From positions 29,202,001 through 29,266,000 of the forward strand of contig CM126214.1 of assembly GCA_052327205.1 (NCBI GenBank): 64,000 nt of DNA. Direction: 5' to 3'. This DNA is from Somniosus microcephalus (lineage: Eukaryota). The first letter of the stretch is position 1. Every line of letters begins with the position of its first letter. The position numbers and the translations under genes were made by a program. The notes under the pieces are model-generated. The model saw only the letters and a list, made by a program, of their open reading frames with translations. It made no database searches and had not been told where the DNA came from. This document shows positions 39,021 through 51,315 of the stretch, piece by piece.

Positions 39021-40705
39021 TTATGTAATGATACAAAATAAAGATCATGCCTGTTTTCCTACATTGATAGATAGTCTTACTTGATTTAAATAAGAAGGAT
39101 CTCTACACACACACACACTGCCTGACTTGCTGAGTGTTTCTAGCATTACTTTATTTTGGCAGAGCTTCATATTTTATTCAGCGTTCTGTTGAATTCAAAG
39201 TTTGTATCATAGTCCATTATTGTTTTGGATGGATTTAGGGCATATAAATTATTTTAAAAATAGATAGGATCCAGAAAAGCTTAAGAGCATGTTACTGTAT
39301 AAAGTAGAAGGAAATGCTTATTTGTACATGTATACATTGAACTCACCTTTTCTCTGAGAAGGAACTTTTTTGATAAGACCTGGAACTTTCTAAAATTCTT
39401 AGCCAGAATCCTGCTTTGTTCATTACAAGGTGCAGGTAATTTATACTTGAACTTCACCAACTGTACTGTAAATATTAAATATTTTTCCTATTTCAGTAAC
39501 ACTAGATGGTAGCATTGAGTTGGTTCCAGTGGGAAAAATACATTCTAGATGGAGAATTAACATACTATTAAATATTCAAATAACCAGACTATTGAGCTTG
39601 CAGTTTTCATATTAAACATTGCCAAACATGTCTTTAAGCCATGAAACTGCTTAAAATATTGACTAATCCAATTTCTTTTAAGTTTTTTTTATTGTATCAT
39701 GAAATTGATTCATCTCTTACAGAATGGTGTCATGTTTGTCATCAAGAACTAATGTTATTTCTTGAAAGTGCACTTTAGGTGAATGCTGCAAGTTCTCCTT
39801 CCAAATACCAAAATGTGTTTTTTTAGGTAAAGGAGGATCAACTGTCTATATCGATCCCACCTGACACATCTGTACAGGAGAGATATCCAAATAAGTGGCA
39901 TTTTCCAAAAAAAAGTTCCTAAAAGTGGTCTTTTCCTAAAAAGCTCCAGGCATATCCTTTCCATTAGAAAGAAAATTGCATAAATGAAAATGTTCCTTCT
40001 GCACATGTACAACACTATCTATTTCTATACTACTGTCCATTTCTTTACTATTGTTTTCGAGTTATTAGCGTGCTAGCGCCAGTTTAAGGTTAAAAAGTTC
40101 AAATCCAACTCCAATGGTTCTGTGAGATCCAGTTAGTAGCTGAGTCTTAAAGCTAGGAAGGTCCCAGGTTTAATCCCTGGTCTGTGATGAGTTAGCTGAG
40201 GTGGCAGCAGAAGCACACTACAATTGATGTCTGGGGTCCATAGGTCTGGAAAGGTATCTGTTCCTGTTTGCAACCCAGTGGCTTGAAATGTATAAATGTT
40301 TGATGAGAACAGCACTGAGTTTGGCTGTAACACTCACTGTCAAGGCTAAATTATGGCCTCTTGAGTTGACTGGTATCCTAGAAACCATAGCAGAGCAAGC
40401 AGTCAACCCCTTGGGCAGGGGAGGACATTACCAAGAAAACGTGTTTTTTTCAAGTTGCTATCCTCAGAAGCCCATTCAAACTTCAAAAGTGGATTTGAGT
40501 ACATTCTTAGCAGTGATGCAGCCTTAATTCTACACGGCAAAGTTTCCAATTTCAGCTGCATTGTCGTGAGGAAAAGCTCAGCATTGGCCGTGTTCATCCT
40601 TGGGTAAGTGGTGGGTTATCACTGGGCCATACTCACACAGCTGGCATTGGGCACAGATTAGCCAGGAATGATAAGGGGAAGCAACTTAAAAACACAGGTA
40701 CATAC

Positions 40706-40925
40706 TAGGGTTGTCAACCCTCCAGGAATTAAAGATTAATGTCACTGATATTGCTGCGAGCAAAGCCAGGAGAGAAACCATTGGGGCATTAAAAATTGTG
40801 CTGCTTTTTCAGTTTTTAAAAAAAACTTTTGTTTATTAGTTACAACAATACTTGAGGGTGTGGGCTGTATTATAGGGAGAGGAGCTTGTGATGAAACCTG
40901 CATCAACCAGAATTGACAACCCCTA
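40706..40925. mobile_element. Non-autonomous hAT-like element
   Basis: Ends TAGGGTTGTCAA / TTGACAACCCCTA; TSD not resolvable. Confidence 0.55.
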
Positions 40926-41339
40926 TCACCTGCACATTAGACCTGTATACCTGTACAAATCAGAAGCAATCACAATACTACTGTACTTCCTTTGCTGTCT
41001 TTAAAATAGTAACTACTAAACTAAATTGAATTCATTTACACTCTCAATCCATTGCCTAAAAATGACTGTAGAGACCTGGGATCCGATTTAGCTGATGGTT
41101 GGTGGGGGGGGTTGGTGCTTAATTTTAAAAAAATAGTAATAATCTGGTCATTATCACATTACTGCTTGCTGTGTGCAAATTGGCTGCCGCGTTTACTACA
41201 TTACAGCGGTGCCGACACTTCAAAAAGTACTCCATTGGCTGTCGAGCGCTTTGGGACGTGCCGAGATTGGTGAAAGGCGCTGTAGAAATGCAAGTCTTTT
41301 TGCAAAACTACAGTTTTAAAATGCAGATTTTTTTTTTTC

Positions 41340-42010
41340 GGGAAAGCACGGTTTCCTCTCCGTGTGCGTGGCTGACGACGGGAGTGAGTCATTGTGTGCA
41401 CAGCGAGTGGGTTGCACTTGCAGTGAGAGCAATAGTCGGGCAGCAGCAGCAGGGGCCGCTGCGCTGGCACTTTTTCTTTTGCCGTGCGCGGAGTGAGGCG
41501 GGCGGCGTGGTGCGCGGAGGAGTGAGGCGGCTGATTGTGAGCGGAGCGCGGGGCAGTTGGACGGGCGCTGGAGAGAAAAGGAATAAACGGCCGGTGACCC
41601 GGGTACAAGCTGACAGTCTCCCTCCCTCACCACCTCCTTCAAAGGGTTTTCCACCACATAAATCAGCAATCCTGGAGATGGAAAGGAAGCGTTTCGAGTG
41701 CTCCGCGCTCCCCTCCGGCTGGAAACGGGAAGAAGTGACTCGAAAGTCGGGCCTGTCGGCGGGCAAGAGCGACGTGTATTATTATAGGTGAGTGAGTGAG
41801 TGAATGACTGGCCGGGTGGGGAGAGACCGAGGCCTCAGTTAAAAGACAGCCTTGGAACCAAGAGTGGCTTCGGGGTAGGATGGTGGCCGCCGACCCCCAC
41901 CACCAACCGAGCCTGTAGTACCGGGGATGTGAATCCTTGCACTCGGCCTTGTGCACTTTTATCCGCTCTCTCCTCCCCGGTGAGCGGGGGTGCAAGGATT
42001 GCAGCAGCTG
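41340..42010 (+). promoter_or_regulatory. CpG island/promoter of MBD3
   Basis: GC- and CpG-rich stretch (including GGCGGGCGG) around coding exon 1 in an otherwise AT-rich, CpG-depleted context. Confidence 0.7.
41678..41787 (+). CDS. MBD3: MBD3 coding exon 1 (N-half of MBD domain)
   Basis: MERKRFECSALPSGWKREEVTRKSGLSAGKSDVYYY(S); good Kozak context gagATGg; donor GTGAGT at 41788; 110 nt. Confidence 0.93.
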
Positions 42011-45000
42011 CAGCTTTGTGCATTGTTGAGGCTCATTGTGGCTCTGGCCAGAGTGAATTCAGTTTGCTTGGATTCGAACAAAAACAAACCAGTTTAGATC
42101 CGCCTGTGCTTTAATCTTGTATTGCATGCGATCGGTGTAGTAACAATTAACCGTGTCATTGGTGCTAACGTTCCACAATCGCATCCTATTGTTGGGCTTT
42201 GCATTGTCACTCAATGCACCGAAGTCTTCCATTTAAAAGGCAACGTTTGACATGGACGCTTCTGAAAGTTGCTTTCTACTGGGCTGTTGGGACAGTACTT
42301 ACTGCAATGTTGGCAGTTATGTTTGCACCATAGGGGGTTTAGCACCTTGTATCTGCACCGGAAGCATAATGGCGAATTGATGTAAATGAAAATTGATTAA
42401 TATTTTGTCACCTTCTGTATATTGTACGTTTTAGTAACTGGAGCAGTGCCAGTAGTAGTTACACACGTGGCTGTCAGGCTCATTCTGTATTCGGACTTAA
42501 TGCATTAAAAACAGGATTTTTTTTTTAAATAAAACTTTTCACAAGTTTGTAATTCTGTTGTTCCCTCCAGATTTGTGTCCAATATTAATTAACTTGGTTG
42601 GGTTGATGGGACAGTTTAGCACGTGGAAGTTTGTCAGTGCTGCTTTTAAGTTAAATTTACTGTAAACTGCAGAACTTTAAAAAGTTGTGTAGTATTTCCT
42701 GATGGTCATCGTGCTTTGCAAGCTAACCAGTTGATAATGTAGAGCAGATCTTTGAGACTAGTTTCTTCCAGGTTCACAGACGGCTGAGTACTTTGTCCAG
42801 GTGGCCATTCTTGATGTGTGAGTAGAGACAGTGAATGTTAGTAGACTGTTTGACCATGAGGAGGTATCACAGCCAAGCAGTAGACATGATGTCCACCCAG
42901 AGTTGCAGAATAGTGACCAGGAAAGGGAATCTTGGTCTTCTTATCCTATTCCTGCCCCCTCCAGAGTGCTGAAGTTAATTGGCTTTGACCCTACCACTGT
43001 GCTAGCTAACACAGCAAAAACCTTTCAGACATTCATGCTTGACATGAATGTTGCATCTTGCCATGCAAAAAGTGATGCCTGTAGAATCATGCTCCAATGT
43101 AGCTCCTTTGGAACTGGCTAGATGGATTGCAGTGGTTATTTCCAGCCCAAGAAATGCTGGTAATCTTAAATCGCTGTCTTCGGGAGAGGCAGGATGGGAA
43201 AGCAGATTGAGGGAAGAGTGATACTAGTTGTAATTTAGTTAACAAGCCAGCACTTTTTACTGGGACTTAATTTTTTTTTAATGAAACTTAAAGGGATTGT
43301 GAGCTGTCATTTATTAATTGCCAAAAACTAATAATTTGTTGATTTTATAACCTAAATTGCAAACTATGCAGTTAACTTTTTTTTAAAAATTGTTGCATCC
43401 AGTCTGGGCAATATCCATGACTAGTACCTCATACCTCTGCTCACTGAAAGTGATATGGCTCTGCACTTCTGCCTACACTCTATTTCCCAGTGTATCTTGG
43501 AACCATCAATGCAGTAGGCTTACAATTACATCTGTCATTCTACCTGCACAAGAAATGTAAGGAATTATATAGGAATGGCTCAGTTGAGGGTGTATGTACA
43601 GAGTTATCTCATTATAACTGGGGGGGGGAAAGATCTCCCTCGTAGAAATGCATAATTGAAAATTTAAATATACCACTCCTGTAAAAAGATGGGACAACAT
43701 CCTTTTTATAGTGATAAGTCCATGGTAAAGTTATTTTTTTTTGCTGCCACACATTGTAAATAAAAAAGACATATAAATTGAAATATATAATTATAGTCCT
43801 AATCTGCTTAATTTGTGTTATCTTTAGGTGTGTCAGATGTACCAAAACCACTATTATTTGTAAAGTATTTAGGCCTGCTCTTTGTACAAACAAATGTGCA
43901 CTTTTAAAATCAATGTGCAGAAATTCAAAAATGTATCCAATAATTATGAATATATATCACAAAGAATTTCTATCTCGCAGTAGTCATGATAATCTGATTG
44001 TGTAATTGAAATGATGGCTTAACCCAGTAGACTGCCAGTAGGTTCAGAGAAACTCCTATCTTGTTGGAACAATTTTTTGTTTGTTTGCAATTCATGTGGT
44101 GTACTGCTGGGGGGCGGGGACAGCCATATTACAGCAGGATTTATTTAGCCCCCTCCCCATCCCAAGAATCCAAGAAGTTGTGCAAGGGTGCCCTATGCTG
44201 TCATATAACATTTGTCTTGTAGTCCCATAACATGCTTTAAATCTGAAATCAAAAGGCAGTGCAACTTCCAGCAGACTTTACAAAAAGATATATAAACAGA
44301 AAATTCCCAACTGTATTTAAGATTGAGAAGTATGAGACCTGCCATTGGTCTGAAAAGGGTCAATTCATCTAATGATGAAAGATTCACCAACATGGAAGTG
44401 ATATATAAAATGGTAGAATATTTGAGAAGCTTTCTGTGCAATCTATAAAGAGAAGTTCAGAAATTGTACCTTCTGTTCCCACAGTGGATGTAAACACTGT
44501 ATAAAATGAGCTTGGGACATATGACAAACTGAGTCCATCAAGCCAGTTTTGTATTGCACCATTCACAGGAACACACAGCTTTCAGAAACTGGGTGGGAAA
44601 ACTGAAAATATACGATTGTGCTTTCCACAGATCTTGCGAGCCCACCAAAACAAATCAAGCAGGCATCTGTGTTGTAAATGTTGAAAGTAACTGTTGAGTC
44701 TGCATCCATTACAGTGGCTGCACAGTCTGAGAGTTGCTATGAAATTATGGATTTTTAAGTGAAGAGATATTTGATATTTGTAATTTTGTCTGCATGTTTG
44801 CCCGTGAAGCCATTGATTATTTGAGCACTGAGCAAATGATAGATCTCAGTTATTCAGAAGTGCCCTAAAATAGGAGTAGATGCCATTGTGCAGCAACTGT
44901 ATCATTTTGTCCCAGTGTTGCTTAAGAACAGCCTACTACTGTTGCTTCAGGTAGCACTGCCAGATTTTCAGAGCACAAGATTGCATTATTGTATGAAGAT

Positions 45001-45012
45001 CTATGAAACCTT

Positions 45013-48000
45013 GGGGCCGGAATTTGTGGTCAGCTTTAACTTTATCGACCTTAATTTGACTGTAGCGCTGTCAAAAGGGGATCCCTAGCGTACAGCAGCA
45101 GTGATGCCATCAAGCTGTCTAAGCAGCCAGTCACATTGAAGAATTCTCAGTTAGCAAACCAAGAGATAAAAAGCACTGATTCAATTCACTTTTTAAAAAT
45201 TTTACAGAGGGCGAAATAAAGATTGGGACATACACATGGGGTTAAGGTGAAGCTGAAATATCAAACTTTTAAAATAAAATTTAAAAATATTTTACATTTT
45301 TATCATGGAGAAATTTGACATGCCACAAATATAAGAACATAAGAAATAGGAGCAGGCCAATCGGCCCCTCGAGCCTGCTCCGCCATTCAATAAGATCATG
45401 GCTGATCTGATCCTAACCGCCAATCCACTATCACAGAACCATCTCCTGAAACTAACAGAATTAGACACACGAAATAGGAGCAGGATCAGGCTACACGGCC
45501 CCTGGGCCCGCTCCGCTACCCACAGGGCCATGACCGATCCAAACCTAGACTCATGTCCAAATTCCTGCCCGTTCCACGTAACCCTTAATTCCCTTTACTT
45601 CTAGGAAACTGTCTATTTCTGTTTCAAATTTATGTAATGATGTAGCTTCTACAGCTTTTTGGGGCAGCATATTCCATGGACCTACCACCCTCTGAGTGAA
45701 GTAGTTCCTCCTCATCTCAGTTTTGAAAGAGCGGCCCCTTATTCTAAGACTATGCCCCCTAGTTCTAGTTTCACCCATCATCGGGAACATCTTCCCCGCA
45801 TCCACCCGATCCAACCCCTTCACAATCTTATATGTTTCAATAAGATCGCCTCTCATTCTTCTGAACTCCAATGAGTAGAGTCCCAATCTACTCAACCTCT
45901 CCTCATATGTCCATCCCCTCATCCCCGGGATTAACCGAGTGAACCTTCTTTGTACTGACTCGAGAGCAAGTATGTCCTTTCTTAAGTATGGACACCAAAA
46001 CTGTACGCTGTATTCCAGGTGCGGTCTCACCAATACCTTGTACAACTGAAGCAATACCTCCCTATTTTTATATTCTATCCCCCTAGCAATGAAAGCCAAC
46101 ATTCCATTGGCCTTCTTAATCACTTGCTGCACCTGCATACTAACCTTTTGAGTTTCGTGCACCAGGACCCCCAGATCCCTTTGTACTTCAGTACTTTCCA
46201 GTTTCTTGCCATTAAGATAATAACTTGCTCTACGATTTTTCCTGCCAAAGTGCATAACCTCACACTTTCCAGTATTGTATTCCATCTGCCAAATCTCTGT
46301 CCACTTACTTAGCCTGTCTATGTCCCCTTGCAGGTTTTTTATGTCCTCCTCACTCACTACTTTCCCTCCCATCTTAGTATCATCTGCAAACTTTGATATG
46401 TTACACTCGGTCCCCTCCTCCAAATCGTTAATATAGATTGTAAAGAGTTGGGGACCCAGCACTGACCCCTGCGGAACACCACTAGTTACTGATTGCCAGT
46501 CTGAGAATGAACCATTTATCCCAACTCTCTGCCTTCTGTTAGATAGCCAATCCTCTATCCATGCCAGAATATTGCCCCCAATCCCGTGATTTTTTATCTT
46601 AAGCAATAATCTTTTGTGTGGCACCTTGTCAAATGCCTTTTGGAAGTCTAAATACACTACGTCCACTGGTTCCCCTTTATCCACCCTATACGTTACTTCC
46701 TCAAAGAATTCCAGCAAATTTGTCAAACATGACTTCCCCCTTCATAAAACCATGCTGACTTTGTCCTATTAAATTATGATTATCCAAATGTCCTGTTACT
46801 GTCTCCTTAATAATGGACTCCAAAATTTTACCCACCACAGATGTTAGGCTAACCGGTCTATAGTTTCCAGCCTTCTGTCTACTGCCCTTTTTAAATAAGG
46901 GTGTTACATTAGCAGTTTTCCAGTCTGCCGGGACCTTTGCCGAGTCCAGGGAGTTTTGGAAAATTATTACCAATGCATCCACAATCCCTACCGCCACTTC
47001 CCTCAAGACCCTAGGATGTAAGCCATCAGGTCCAGGTGATTTATCTGCCTTGAGTCCCATTATTTTACCGAGTACCACTATTTTACCGAGTACCACTTCC
47101 TTAGTGATTTTGATCGTGTTTAGCTCCTCCCCCCCCTTTAGCCCCCTGTTTGTCCAGTGTTGGGATATTCTTAGTGTCTTCTACTGTAAAGACTGATGTA
47201 AAATATTCATTCAGTGTTTTTGCCATCTCCATAATTCCCACCATTAATTTCCCGGTCTCATCCTCTAAGGGACCAACATTTACTTTAGCCACCCTTTTTC
47301 TTTTTATATAACTATAAAAACTCTTACTATCTGTTTTTATATTTTTTGCTAATTTACTTTCATAATCTATCTTCCCTTTCTTAATCAATCTTTTTGTTAT
47401 TTTTTGCTGTCTTTTAAAGTTTTCCCAATCCTCTATCCTCCCACTAGATTTGGCTACCTTATATGCCCTTGTTTTTAGTCGAATACTACCCTTAATTTCT
47501 TTACTTAGCCACGGATGGCTGTCTTTTCTTTTACACCCTTTTCTTCTCAGTGGAATATATATTTTTTGGAAGTTGTAAAATAACTCCTTAAATGTACACC
47601 ACTGATCATGTATCGTCTTACCCTTTAATCTATTTTCCCAATCCACTCTACTCCATTCCGCTCTCATACCTTCATAGTCTCCTTTATTCAAGCTTAGCAC
47701 GCTTGTTTGAGATCCAACCTTCTCACCCTCTAATTGAATATGGAATTCAATCATGTTATGGTCACTCATTCCAAGGGGATCCTTTACTAGGACATTTTTA
47801 ATTAATCCCCTCTCGTTACACAGGACCAGATCTAAGGTTGCTTGCCCACTGGTCGGTTCAGTTACATACTTCTCAAGAAACCCATCCCTAATACACTCAA
47901 TGAACTCCTCCTCAAGGCAGCCCTGCCCAATTTGATTTGTCCAATTAATATGATAGTTAAAATCCCCCATAATTATAGATGTTCCCTTATTACAAGCCTC

Positions 48001-48925
48001 AACTATTTCCTGATTGATACTCCGTCCAACAGAGTTGCCACTGTTCGGAGGCCTATAGACTATGCCCACTAGTGTTTTTTTCCCCTTATTATTCCTTACC
48101 TCCACCCAAACTGTTTCATTATCCTGATCTTTTGACCCAATATCATTTCTCTGTATTACAGTGATTCCTTCCTTTATTAACATAGCCACCCCACCTCCCC
48201 TTCCTGCCTGTCCTTCCTGATCGTTAAATAACCTGGTATGTTTAATTCCCAGGCATTGTCACCCTGCAGCCATGTTTCTGTAATGGCCACGAGATCATAC
48301 CCATATGTAGTTATTTGTGCCATTAACTCGTCTATTTTGTTACGAATGCTACGTGCATTCAGATAGAGAACTTTCAAAGATGTTTTGTGACACTTAGTTC
48401 CTGCTTTTGCCCTTTTTATTACTTTACCTTTTACTCCATACCCTCTGCCCCTTCCTGACACGCTCTGGTTTTTAATTTCCCCACTGCTACCTAAGTCTAT
48501 GACCTTCTCTGTTGTCATTTTTATTATTTGCTCTCTAGGAACCTCCCCCCCCCACTAGTTAGTTTAAAGCCCTCCCTAAAATTAGTTTTTCAGGGCAAGA
48601 ATGGTTGTTCAGCAGTCAATATACCGTTAAAACCCCAGTTACCCCTTTCCATCAAGTCTTAACTTTTTCTGGTTTTATGAGATGTTTAACAGCAATATTA
48701 GATCGGAAAAGCTTGTTTCCATCAGTTCAACTGATTTCACAGATTGCTGACTATGGGGAGTTCCACAGCGCAGCCTGTGGAGGAGCAGGGAATGACTGAC
48801 AGCAACTTCAGGATTTTCACGTTTATCTGCGCATGCGCTAAATCCTAAAGTTAGTCCGTTTCAGCGGGGTAATGACGGCGAACACTGACAGTTTCACTGT
48901 CATTACCACTGCAAAATCCGTGTCC
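45013..48925. mobile_element. MITE of the same terminal type split by the young CR1
   Basis: Left end GGGCCGGAATTTGTGG, right end GCAAAATCCGTGTCC; halves at 45013-45329 and 48576-48925. Confidence 0.5.
45330..48575 (-). mobile_element. Young CR1-clade LINE, 5'-truncated near the end of ORF1; ORF2 (APE+RT) split by a few frameshifts
   Basis: Consecutive minus-strand ORFs 48177-48518 (YLNARSIRNK..AITETWL), 47101-48189 (YRPP, MGDFN, SDH), 46701-47096 (SPGPDG, NYRPVSLTS) and 45551-46726 (YLDFQKAFDKV, GVPQGSVLGP, FADD). TTCTTATGTTCTTAT tail at about 45330; RALN* ORF1-like end at about 48560-48573. Confidence 0.95.
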
Positions 48926-50983
48926 TTCTCTTCTAGGAAACTGAGTTGAAACATGGTGGTTACTTTGTTGCACAAGTCAAGGAAGTACAAAACCTGTGCA
49001 TCATTTGCTTGGTGATAACTGAGCAAAACAAGTTTGTTTCAGAGACGCAAGTTGCACTTGTAACAGATTTATTTAAGTTTGCCATGTATGGCACAACATG
49101 CTGTGATAGTCATTTATCTGCAACCCAAGCCAATCTTGAATTGGCAGATCCAATTTTTTTTTTTAAGTACTTAATGAAATCAGTAATAAAGAGACAGTAG
49201 CCAGGATTTTTGCCTGCCATTTGCATTGACTATGCTGTAGGAATATTTGCTCAGTTGACACATTAGCACCTCTGACTTTTAAAACAACTGCAAAGCCATT
49301 TGAGAAGAATTGTGTCTGTTCTCTTCAAGACACTATTTTTTGCTTTGTATCATGTTGAGCACAGGGCATTTCCATGTTGGTGTATTTCCCTCTAGTTTTT
49401 CTTGCAATTGTGCACCATCTGTTATCATTCCAAGGCACAGAACATGCCCTTCATGTAACCTTGAAATAATTGAATGCAGTAATGATTCAACTACTTGTGT
49501 ATGTTGGATTTTCAGGATTAAATCTGGAGGATTTTGACCATAAATTTAAATTTCCTAAATCTGACATTCAAAAATTTTGCCTTGATACTACCCAGTGGAC
49601 AGGACTCTGCTCTTAAATTGGGTATAATTGCTTTGTTAATTGTGTCCGAAGATGATCTTGCCTGCTAATATTTTCAACAAAATGCCTCCTTATGAGACAT
49701 GTTCTTTTTGTACTATATTGCAGTAACAGGCTTGTCCGATGCAATGTGGGAATGATCCATTAGCAAAATGGTTCTGGTCAAAACTTGACTACAGAATCAT
49801 CTTATGGAAGAACACCTTAATGACTTACTTTTACAATGAATTGCTTTTGAAGTGCAATCACATTTTTGTAGGTTAAAGACAGCAGCCAATTTGTGCACAG
49901 CAAAGTCCTTCAAACCACAATGACATAAATGACTAGTTAATTGGTTTTGGTAGAGTTAGTTGAAGAATGAACACTGACCAGGCACTGGGGAGCTTTCTCC
50001 TCCTTCAAAAAATGTAATGGTATGTCCACCTAAACAGGCAGATGGATCTCCGTTTAACAACAAATCCAATCTGAAGGATGGCACCATTGACTGTGCAGCA
50101 CTCAGTCAGTATCACGGAAATAACAGCCTAGATTATGTACAAGGGCTCGAAAATTAAACCTTTTGACTCCGAGGTAAATGTTACCAAGTGACCTTTTATT
50201 AGATATTGAAGGGTCAGATGATCTGCCACCATTAACATTGCAAATACTTACTGGTGCATTCAAACATCACAGTCCAAAGATTTCATTGTAGGTACAGTAA
50301 ATGGAAAAAATTGATATTTATTTTTAAAAAATGTCCAGTATAATCCAGATTATTTTATTTCTAGTGGGGAAGTGGTTCTTATCTTTCCTCAAGTCTCCCT
50401 ATATAAACCCTGCTATATCTTAATAAAGGTGCTAAATTAGCCTAAATGTAACATTGATGTTCAGCTGATGAGAATAAAATTTGTACAATTTGTCTCTTTT
50501 TTTCTAGCCAATGATGTAGAATTGGCACATTTTTCATGACTGTATGGCAGGCACCAGCTATGCCACTTCATGTGGTTAGTCGATGATGACAAAAAATCAT
50601 TATAGTTTTGGTTATTTACTTCAGCCTTGTTTTAATTGTAATTGGGGGAAAAATAAGTATATGGTAAGTATAACCACTCCTTTTCAAAAAAAAAAAAAAA
50701 AATAATCTCTATATTTGAACTGGTGTGTTTGCACACATGTCCTGTATTATATTCTGGCATCGTACTTTGCTGATTTGCTCAAATTTCACATTTGTGAAAC
50801 AGAAATAAATTAGAACTCTGGTTCAGTTTTTTTTTAAGTGGTACATTTTCCTCACAGCTCTATCAAACCGCTCAAGCTGATTTTGAAAAACCTTTTATCT
50901 CGCATTTTTCTTTACAAACTTAAATATTCAGGGTTCAAAACAAAGTTTCTAATACAAGACATTAAAAGTTACATTTCACAATA

Positions 50984-51315
50984 CAGGAAACTTCACGATA
51001 TCCGGCACCGACGGGACCCAACTGCTGCCGATCTATCAAACTTTCCGGATAGACCAGCGCTAATGTTGAAGGATACGGAGGTTTTCATCTCCGTATCTGA
51101 CAACAAACACTTGCTTAGCAACAGCTTGTAAACACTCGGCCCGTACCTTGGACGCGTCTCTGAAGCTGTTGCTAAGCTACAGAGACGCTTTCCAGAGCCT
51201 GACTTTTTTTTAAAAATGCTAGGAGAAGAAAAAAAACCTAACCAAAACGGCTGCTGATTTCTGCCGTTCGATCGAGGTTTCCGGACATACAACCTCCGGA
51301 TAAACCAAAGTTGCA
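50984..51315. mobile_element. Tc1/mariner(pogo/Tigger)-type MITE, copy 1
   Basis: TA|CAGGAAACTT left end, decayed right end; shares blocks with copies 2-4. Confidence 0.6.

Noticed and set aside
38225-39084. 195-aa and 147-aa ORFs as a gene
   Set aside because: They run across a MITE end and a degraded L2 fragment.
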